NCBI GenBank assembly: GCA_049414405.1
Contig: JBMSAQ010000006.1
Span: 1-32,000 of the forward strand
Source: Candidatus Nanopusillus sp.
Lineage (GTDB): Archaea; Nanobdellota; Nanobdellia; Nanobdellales; Nanobdellaceae
Length of the DNA: 32,000 bases
Direction of reading: 5' to 3'
Shown here: piece by piece, positions 25,427-32,000 of the stretch
Position numbering within the stretch: the stretch's first letter is position 1
Layout: each line of letters opens with the position of its first letter
The notes under the pieces: model-generated
Database searches by the model: none
The model's input: only the letters and a program-made list of their open reading frames with translations
Told to the model about the DNA's origin: nothing
Position numbers and translations under genes: made by a program

Positions 25427-25818
25427 GTTATATTCAACTGCTTATTTTGGTAATATATATTAATTATTGAACAATTATCATCTAATACTATATAATTACT
25501 ATTATTGCATAAATTCAAATTACTGTCTGATACTTCACACCCCCAATTATGTGAATTTGGATAAGAAATCCAATATTGATATAATATAGAATTTTTTGAT
25601 ACTAAACATGTATTACTTAAATTATCTATAGATAAATTATGCTTTGCATATATACATAGAGCCTGACAGTATTGGGCAATTTGAGATATTTGATATAGTT
25701 CATTCTGATTTAAGTTTATGTTATTATTTATCGGATATAATATTGGAGCAATTATAAATCCTGATGCTAACAATGCCAATAGTATGGATCCTAATATAAC
25801 GTTCTTCCTTCTTTCCAT
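25423..25818 (-). CDS. Signal-anchored, Cys-rich, sequon-rich putative surface protein
   Basis: The 131-aa product has MERRKN followed by a hydrophobic helix (VILGSILLALLASGFIIAPIL). A polar domain follows with 6 Cys and several N-x-S/T sequons (NLS, NLS, NNS, NCS, NIT). It does not have a canonical class III (K/R-G/A) prepilin site. Confidence 0.5.
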   Translation of the reverse strand: MERRKNVILGSILLALLASGFIIAPILYPINNNINLNQNELYQISQIAQYCQALCIYAKHNLSIDNLSNTCLVSKNSILYQYWISYPNSHNWGCEVSDSNLNLCNNSNYIVLDDNCSIINIYYQNKQLNIT

Positions 25819-25849
25819 TAATAAAATTTATTAAAAAGGATTAAAAAAT

Positions 25850-26578
25850 TTAGGGTTTTCTAATAGAGTCTCTTAAAGACTTCAGTTCTTCTACAGTTTC
25901 TCTTAATTCTTTTGTAGATTCTGATATAGCAGGTATCATCGTTCTTATTAATCTGTGCAATGCTTGTATTTCCGTTGTTGTTTCTCTCATTCCTTTATCA
26001 TATTCTTCCAATTTTCTAATTGCTAAATTATTTATTTCGGTTATTTTATTATCCAATTTATCAATTTGGTCTTGCATTCTATTAATAAGATATTCTACCT
26101 TTTCTTTCCATACTTTTATTTGTGATAATTCGTCGTTTATTTCATTTAATTTATCCTTTAATATTTCACTTATTGTGCTATTTATATATTGTTCAAGCCT
26201 TTCATCTATAGCAAAACTTCCTTGTCCGAAATCTGGTTGATTTTGGATCTGCATTTGTTGTGGTGGAAATTGATTTAGATTTGGGGTTGGATTTGGCTGT
26301 GGAGGTAGATTCCACGATTGACTAAATTGATTAAATTGATTTGAAAAACTTTGCTGTGGCGACATTTGTTGATATGTTTGGCCATATGTTTGTCCAAAAG
26401 AATAATTTTGATAATTGTTTGTCATAGGATTAATATTACTACTCTGCTGAAATTGATTGAAAGGTCCGCTATTTTGCGGCATTGGATTATTAAAGTCTTG
26501 AAATAGATTATCTAAATTCTGTTGGTCATTCTGGTCCTTGTTACTCTTTTTGTTAAGTACCCCAAGTAAGCTTCTCAT
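25850..26578 (-). CDS. Q/N-rich (prion-like composition) protein with long C-terminal coiled coil
   Basis: The 242-aa product has a basic N-terminus (LLGVLNKKSNKD). A roughly 105-residue region follows that is about 40% Gln+Asn by hand count (NQFQQSSNINPMTNNYQNYSFGQTYGQTYQQMSPQQSFSNQFNQFSQ...). The final ~125 residues form a heptad-rich helical region (LNEINDELSQIKVWKEKVEYLINRMQDQIDKLDNKITEINNL...). Confidence 0.6.
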   Translation of the reverse strand: MRSLLGVLNKKSNKDQNDQQNLDNLFQDFNNPMPQNSGPFNQFQQSSNINPMTNNYQNYSFGQTYGQTYQQMSPQQSFSNQFNQFSQSWNLPPQPNPTPNLNQFPPQQMQIQNQPDFGQGSFAIDERLEQYINSTISEILKDKLNEINDELSQIKVWKEKVEYLINRMQDQIDKLDNKITEINNLAIRKLEEYDKGMRETTTEIQALHRLIRTMIPAISESTKELRETVEELKSLRDSIRKP

Positions 26579-26610
26579 AATTCTTAATAAAGATATTGAA
26601 TATTATAAAT

Positions 26611-26973
26611 TTAACTTTTCTGATTGTATAAATTACCCAAGTATTCTATAATCTTTTCTTTTACTAGTTTATCTAATTCTTTTTTAGTAACGAAATCAAA
26701 TGGATTTATATAATCTAGAATAGAATTTATAATTTTTAATTGATCTATAGTTGCAAAATTTGATAATTCATCAGTTATTGCTTTTATTTTTATTTCTAAA
26801 TCATTTATTTCTTGCTTTATATCTTTTATTTCCTTTTTAATATTTTCTATCTCTAATTTAAAATCCTCTAAAGAGCTTCTGGTAGTTACGTCTATGGTCT
26901 GCAATATATTATTAAACATTGAAATTTTTTCTTCTAAATATTTTAATCTTCTAAGTGTCTCTGGATCAATCAT
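26611..26973 (-). CDS. Small coiled-coil protein
   Basis: The 120-aa product is heptad-rich (LEDFKLEIENIKKEIKDIKQEINDLEIKIKAITDEL). It is the first gene of the minus-strand operon that diverges from the ATPase gene. Confidence 0.55.
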   Translation of the reverse strand: MIDPETLRRLKYLEEKISMFNNILQTIDVTTRSSLEDFKLEIENIKKEIKDIKQEINDLEIKIKAITDELSNFATIDQLKIINSILDYINPFDFVTKKELDKLVKEKIIEYLGNLYNQKS

Positions 26974-27011
26974 AGTAAAACTATTATATTTTAATACATA
27001 TTAATCTTTAT

Positions 27012-29255
27012 ATGTTAAATAATTTGCAGTATGAAATTAGAATGAATGGGAAAGAAAGATTATTATATGTAAATGCTAAAAATTATAATAGTATTGCAAC
27101 GATTGAAGATGATCCAAATATAATGGAATATATATTAAATATATTGTCTATAGATCCGTTTGTAAATACAATAATAATTGAACAAGATGAGAATATAGAG
27201 TATTATGAAGATAGTATAAAAGTATTGAATAGTTTTCTCGATGTATATCTTTCTATTAAAAGTAATATATCAGAATATTATAGGTATTTATTAACCAGTA
27301 ATCCATTATATTCAGAAATAAGAACCGTAATAGATTATTTGGATAGGGGTTATTTAAAAGATCCAATTGGTACATATGTATTTATAAGAAGAATGAAGAG
27401 GAAATTGATGTCATTATTAAAAAATAGTAAGAATTTAGAAAACCAAATATCAAATTTAGTATCATTAATAGATAACTTTTTAATAAAATTTGAATCATTA
27501 CCTTTCTATAAGTATATTAAACCATTTTTGATTGGATACCAAATTGGAAATAGAGAAATATACAGAAGACTATTGTTGGGTGATATAAAACCAAAATTTA
27601 TAGATACAAAATATATAAATAAAATCTCAGAAAGTTATAATATCGTAGATTCTTATAGATTGGATAAAAATACGGAAGTTTTTATATTAAAAAACCCTGA
27701 AGAAACAGTTTTTAGATATTACATATTTCCAGAAGAATATAAAATATTCTCTGAAGAAACATTTTTATCCCACAAAGCAATAGAAATTTTACAGGAATAT
27801 GAACCTAGAAAGGAAGATTATTTGGATGTAGAAAGATTAAGAGAAATATATAATAATGTATTAAATAATATAATAACGAAATTAATGTCTATATATAACA
27901 TAAGTATAGATAAAAATAGATTAGAATTGATTAAGAGTATAATTATTAGATACACAATTGGTTTTGGAATAATAGAAAAAATAGTATTAGATGAAAATTT
28001 AGAAGATCTTTTTATAAATCCACCAGCAGGCATAACCCCAATATATTTACAGCATTCTAAATATGAAATGTGTGTTACAAATGTAACTCCAACTAGAAGA
28101 GAAGTAGAATCGTGGGCTACAAAATTGAGATTAATATCTGGAAGACCTTTTGATGAAGCAAATCCGGTTTTGGATACAGATCTAGTAATTGGAAATAACA
28201 TATTACTAAGAGTTGCAGCATTATCACTCCCATTATCTCCATTTGGATTGGCGTATATAATTAGAAGACATAGAAGTAAACCATGGACTTTACCTTTGTT
28301 TATAGATAATAAAATGTTAAATTATCAAGCTGCAGGTTTATTATCCTTTTTAGTTGCAAATGGAAGGACTATTCTTATTGCTGGCACAAGGGGGAGTGGT
28401 AAAACATCATTATTAACAGCCTTAATGTTGGAAATACCTAAGAAAGTTAGGATAATAACTGTAGAGGATACTTTAGAAATACCAGCAGAATATTTCAGGT
28501 CAATAGGGTATAACATAGTTCCTATGAAAGTCAGGAGCCCATTTTCACTAAAATCTGCCGAATTATCCGCTGAAGAAGGTTTAAGAGTATCTTTAAGAAT
28601 GGGGGATAGTGCCATAATTGTTGGAGAAGTTAGATCTAAAGAAGCTTTAACTTTATATGAAGCTATGAGAGTTGGTGCTTTAGCAAATGCAGTAATGGGT
28701 ACTTTACATGCAGAAAGTCCATATGGTGTATTTGATAGGGTTGTAAATGATCTTGGAGTTCCTAAAACATCGTTCAAAGCTACAGATATAATAGTAATTG
28801 TAAATCCAATTAGAGAACCTTCTGGATTAAAAAGATATAGGAGAATATTAAGGATAACAGAAGTAAGAAAGTTTTGGGATCAAGATCCATTAAAAGAAAG
28901 AGGGTTTGCTGATTTAATGATTTATGATGCTGAAAAGGATAATTTAGAGCCAACTTTAGAATTAATAAATGGAGATTCTGATATATTGAAGGCTGTTGCA
29001 TCTAGGATAAGATATTTGTCAAAATCTTGGGAAAGAGTATGGAATATGGTAGAGACAATAGGTCTGTCAAAAAAATTATTAGTAGATATAGCAAGAGAAA
29101 AAAATAAGAAAGATATTTTGGAAGCAGATTTTGTTTCTGCATATAATGAAATATTTTATCAATATGTAGATAAAAGTATTAAGGAATACAATGAAATTGT
29201 GAAAGATTATATATTAGATAATATGAAGAAATGGATATACAAGAAGTTAAGTTAA
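27012..29255 (+). CDS. FlaI/ArlI/VirB11-class secretion ATPase (T2SS-E/PilB superfamily) with an extended N-terminal region
   Basis: The 747-aa product has Walker A AGTRGSGKTS (nt about 28380-28409, Lys at residue 464), an Asp box IITVEDTLEIP, Walker B SAIIVGEVRSKEA, and a His box GTLHAESP. Confidence 0.88.
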   Translation: MLNNLQYEIRMNGKERLLYVNAKNYNSIATIEDDPNIMEYILNILSIDPFVNTIIIEQDENIEYYEDSIKVLNSFLDVYLSIKSNISEYYRYLLTSNPLYSEIRTVIDYLDRGYLKDPIGTYVFIRRMKRKLMSLLKNSKNLENQISNLVSLIDNFLIKFESLPFYKYIKPFLIGYQIGNREIYRRLLLGDIKPKFIDTKYINKISESYNIVDSYRLDKNTEVFILKNPEETVFRYYIFPEEYKIFSEETFLSHKAIEILQEYEPRKEDYLDVERLREIYNNVLNNIITKLMSIYNISIDKNRLELIKSIIIRYTIGFGIIEKIVLDENLEDLFINPPAGITPIYLQHSKYEMCVTNVTPTRREVESWATKLRLISGRPFDEANPVLDTDLVIGNNILLRVAALSLPLSPFGLAYIIRRHRSKPWTLPLFIDNKMLNYQAAGLLSFLVANGRTILIAGTRGSGKTSLLTALMLEIPKKVRIITVEDTLEIPAEYFRSIGYNIVPMKVRSPFSLKSAELSAEEGLRVSLRMGDSAIIVGEVRSKEALTLYEAMRVGALANAVMGTLHAESPYGVFDRVVNDLGVPKTSFKATDIIVIVNPIREPSGLKRYRRILRITEVRKFWDQDPLKERGFADLMIYDAEKDNLEPTLELINGDSDILKAVASRIRYLSKSWERVWNMVETIGLSKKLLVDIAREKNKKDILEADFVSAYNEIFYQYVDKSIKEYNEIVKDYILDNMKKWIYKKLS

Positions 29256-31240
29256 ATAAATTAGATATTCAAAATTTAGAAAGTAAATTAAGATTATATA
29301 AATATATATATTTTGGCAATAAATTAAAATATTATGAGGAAATTGTTAAAACGTTTGGAAATATAATAAAGATCAGAGTAAATGAAAATAAAAGAAAAAA
29401 TTTTGAAAAAATAAATGAAGAACTTCTTCTAGATGTAAATATTGATCAGATAGAATCATCAGCAATATTCCTTCTAATACTGTTCATTTTTATAGGGATA
29501 ATTCCATCAATTATAATATCTCCTTTATATTTCTTATTATTTGCTTCTTTTGGTGTGTTATTTTACATATTGATAGATTATTATTATATTATTTTGTATA
29601 ATAATCTAAATATAAAGAAAAAATCCCAATTAATAAGTTTATTATTATTATTAGCTATTAAATTAAGACAAAATCCAAATGTAGAACAAGCCATATTATT
29701 TGCTGCAAAAAATATTAACTTACCATTGAAATTAGATTTATTAAGATTGTTAAGAGATGTTTATAATAGAAAATATATTTCAGCATCAGAAGCTTTAATA
29801 GAATATTCAAGATCTTGGGAAAAAAATGCAAAATTCTTCTATATTGGCGTTATGCTCATTTTAAGTGCTTTATATGATCCAGATAAAGATAGGAGAAATT
29901 TTCAAATAGATAAATCTATAGAAGAAGCTTTAGATGAATTAGTAAATGAACTATATGAATTTTCTAGAGAAATACGATCTACAATAAATCTAGTATCTAT
30001 GTTGGGTATAACTTTACCTGTTATGTTATTAACGATATTTCCTCTTGCATCAATATTCTTAGGAAATATATTTAGTCCTTTTATTTTATTTATATTATTT
30101 GATATTTTAATACCATTTATAGCATTTTTTTCAATTAACTATGCAATTTCTTCAAAAATGATTAGTATTTTTTCAGAGGACGATATATATTTGTTCTATT
30201 ATTTAAAAAGAAAAGATTTAACTAATAAATTAATATCGATAGCAAGCGGATTTTCAGTAGGTATACTACTATTTTTTATAATCTTTTTTGTAATATATCA
30301 ATATTTATATAAATTTGATGTTTTGGGAGTATTATTATCTGAATTTTTTGTACTTTTAATGGGTTTATCAATTTCATTGATTGCTTTTACATATTATTCC
30401 CATTATAAAGATTTATATAAAAGTTTAGAAAGAATAGAAATGGATTTACCACCATTTTTATTATCCCTAAGTTCGGCATTAAATGAGGGCTATCCGCTTG
30501 AAAAGGCGATGATACATGTTTATTCTAAATATAAAGGCGGCCCAATAGGAGATTTTATATCAAAAATATACCAAAATTTAAGGATGGGCTTATCATTTTA
30601 TGATTCAATATTCGATGTTAGATATGGAGCCTTATCTAAAATTCCATCATCAAAATTAAGATCTACAATGGAATTGTTATATGAAGCTAGTAGTCAGTCT
30701 CCTACGGAAGCTTCTTCTATAACAGGGATAATTGCAAAATATTTCTTATTAATATCAAAGGTAAAGGAGAGAATTAAAGACCTTGTAGCAGAAGATCTAT
30801 CTCAATTAAAATCATTATTGAGAATTTTAGCTCCAGTTATTTTAGGAATAGTAAGTGCTGTTGGTGTAATGGTTATAGAAATTTTACATAAATTATCTTT
30901 TCAATTTAATCAAATATCAAATTTAACATCACTCGATTCTAATGTTTCTCAATATATAAATTCATTGCCAAATATTATATTTAATATATTTAACTTAAAT
31001 TCGCTTATAACCCCGTCTTCAATGATAATAATAATTGGAATATTTAATGCAGCAATTGCTTTTGTAATTATATACGCAATTAATAGTATAGAAAATAGTG
31101 GTGATAAATTAGGATTTTACTACTATTTATATAAATATTATATAATAAATATATTAATGTTCTTTATATTTTCTACAATATCTACAATAGCATTATATAT
31201 GTTTGTACATGGAATATTAAATATCGATTATCTTATCTAA
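29231..31240 (+). CDS. FlaJ/ArlJ/TadC-like polytopic membrane platform protein
   Basis: The 669-aa product overlaps the ATPase gene by 25 nt. It has multiple TM helices and two cytoplasmic T2SS-F-like helical domains, for example LPPFLLSLSSALNEGYPLEKAMIHVYSKYKGGPIGDFISKIYQNLRMGLSFYDSI. Confidence 0.75.
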   Translation: MDIQEVKLNKLDIQNLESKLRLYKYIYFGNKLKYYEEIVKTFGNIIKIRVNENKRKNFEKINEELLLDVNIDQIESSAIFLLILFIFIGIIPSIIISPLYFLLFASFGVLFYILIDYYYIILYNNLNIKKKSQLISLLLLLAIKLRQNPNVEQAILFAAKNINLPLKLDLLRLLRDVYNRKYISASEALIEYSRSWEKNAKFFYIGVMLILSALYDPDKDRRNFQIDKSIEEALDELVNELYEFSREIRSTINLVSMLGITLPVMLLTIFPLASIFLGNIFSPFILFILFDILIPFIAFFSINYAISSKMISIFSEDDIYLFYYLKRKDLTNKLISIASGFSVGILLFFIIFFVIYQYLYKFDVLGVLLSEFFVLLMGLSISLIAFTYYSHYKDLYKSLERIEMDLPPFLLSLSSALNEGYPLEKAMIHVYSKYKGGPIGDFISKIYQNLRMGLSFYDSIFDVRYGALSKIPSSKLRSTMELLYEASSQSPTEASSITGIIAKYFLLISKVKERIKDLVAEDLSQLKSLLRILAPVILGIVSAVGVMVIEILHKLSFQFNQISNLTSLDSNVSQYINSLPNIIFNIFNLNSLITPSSMIIIIGIFNAAIAFVIIYAINSIENSGDKLGFYYYLYKYYIINILMFFIFSTISTIALYMFVHGILNIDYLI

Positions 31241-31897
31241 ATTTTTTATTAGAATATCAATTGTTATTCCATTTATATTATTATTTATTATATCATCGAT
31301 CAATCTAGGGCATGCAGAAAAAATCCAAAAGTCTATATATGGAAAATTTAATAATTGTAAAATATCTATTATATCGCCAATAAACAAGTATACATTTTTT
31401 CCAGCTTTTTCTAATTTATCTTTAACCTTTAATGCTTCTAAATAATAATATTGTCCGGGCTTTATAGATAATATTATTCCAATATTATTTGAATTTTTTA
31501 ATTTGTTTAATAAAAATTCTAAAATTCTATTGAAGTTATAATCTGGTTCATAAATATTTATTTCCCCGTATATAGGGTCATAGACAATTACTTTTTTCTT
31601 TAACTTTCTTGTAATATTTTCTGCATGAAATTTTCCATTTCCAATTAATAATATTGTATCAACCTCTTTTATATTTGCCGGTTCTGAATAACATCCTAGA
31701 ACATTTATCCCATACAGTCCTTCATTTAATATTATTTCATAATCTTTTTTTAGTATTTCGTATATTCTTTTAGTATATTCGTAATATTGTATTAAAGATA
31801 TTAAAGCAAATTTTTTTGGTAAGTATTTTTTTAATTCATCTAAATTTTTAATTTCTTTTAATTTATATTTTGTTGGTATGTATATTATATCCATCAA
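31217..31897 (-). CDS. dph2: Diphthamide synthase Dph2 (radical-SAM-type ACP transferase), short form lacking domain 1
   Basis: The 226-aa product has INVLGCYSEPANIKEVDTILLIGNGKFHAENI and FSACPRLIDD. These match the second and third Cys-bearing motifs of archaeal Dph2 as I remember them (VLGC...ILFIGSGIFHP; VACPRV). The protein has only 2 Cys, and canonical Dph2 is about 340 aa. Confidence 0.72.
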   Translation of the reverse strand: MMDIIYIPTKYKLKEIKNLDELKKYLPKKFALISLIQYYEYTKRIYEILKKDYEIILNEGLYGINVLGCYSEPANIKEVDTILLIGNGKFHAENITRKLKKKVIVYDPIYGEINIYEPDYNFNRILEFLLNKLKNSNNIGIILSIKPGQYYYLEALKVKDKLEKAGKNVYLFIGDIIDILQLLNFPYIDFWIFSACPRLIDDIINNNINGITIDILIKNLDKIIDI

Positions 31898-31931
31898 AAT
31901 TTATAATTTAAAAAATGAATAAAAATCTATA

Positions 31932-32000
31932 ATGATGGATGTTATAAATGCAAAAAGGCTTGCAGAAAAGTACAAGAAATTATATGGGAAATCTATTATA
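31932..32000 (+). CDS. 5' end of an unidentified ORF (partial, runs off window)
   Basis: The ATG at 31932 opens a frame (MMDVINAKRLAEKYKKLYGKSII) that stays open to the window edge. A TATA-like ATTTATAATTT lies about 28 nt upstream. It is too short to identify. Confidence 0.3.
   Translation, partial: MMDVINAKRLAEKYKKLYGKSII

Noticed and set aside
25423-25818. The 131-aa signal-anchored protein, and the 137-aa protein at 8740-9153, considered as the missing pilins for the FlaI/FlaJ-like system
   Set aside because: Their N-termini (MERRKNVILGS... and MDISKIPRLAIW...) lack the K/R-G/A cleavage motif immediately before the hydrophobic helix that defines class III signal peptides. The only convincing pilin-type N-terminus is in the frameshifted gene at 360-488.
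28325-28777. 150-aa minus-strand ORF, together with 27818-28201 and 28810-29001, lying inside the secretion ATPase gene
   Set aside because: These ORFs are antisense to a CDS with unambiguous Walker A/B, Asp-box and His-box motifs. Their translations are low-complexity with no recognisable motifs, so they are typical shadow ORFs.
1-32000. Search for CRISPR arrays, rRNA genes, split or intron-containing tRNAs, inteins, integrases/transposases, and IS terminal inverted repeats
   Set aside because: No regularly spaced direct repeats were seen. Apart from the single contiguous tRNA-Val there are no GC-rich structured-RNA islands. rfcS is intein-free, and no recombinase-like ORF is present. The only mobile-element hint is the decayed HTH remnant at 4784-5059.

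Overview
By eye about three-quarters of this window is A+T, and it is very gene-dense. It looks archaeal and carries mostly information-processing and housekeeping genes. These include RFC small and large subunits, ribosomal proteins uL4-uL23-uL2-uS2, aRF1, the CCA-adding enzyme, RadB, TFE-alpha, a RIO kinase, ExoIII, two TatD hydrolases, a thioredoxin reductase with a PDO-type disulfide oxidoreductase, and one tRNA-Val(UAC). Several traits point to a reduced DPANN/Nanoarchaeota-like genome, though that is inference and not verified. The r-protein operon is broken. GatE and Dph2 each lack an N-terminal domain, so they may be split genes. Start and stop codons often overlap, and TATA boxes sit about 26 nt upstream of ATGs, which suggests leaderless mRNAs. 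Four parts of the window are not housekeeping. (1) At 25.4-31.2 kb, an enlarged FlaI/VirB11-class ATPase and a FlaJ-like membrane platform are transcribed divergently from an operon encoding a coiled-coil protein, a Q/N-rich coiled-coil protein, a Cys-rich signal-anchored protein and a TatD nuclease. No pilin or prepilin peptidase is adjacent. This is my best candidate for an undescribed surface or host-contact apparatus. (2) Lineage-specific ORFs sit between rfcS and rfcL. They include a paralogous all-helical ~200-aa module, present once in one gene and twice in tandem in the next. Both genes are preceded by an identical 22-nt upstream element. (3) A second, orphan FlaJ-like gene lies next to the ribosomal cluster. 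(4) At the left edge there is a frameshifted pilin-like gene. I found no CRISPR array, rRNA or intact mobile element. All functional calls come from reading motifs by eye and memory of protein families, and no searches were run.
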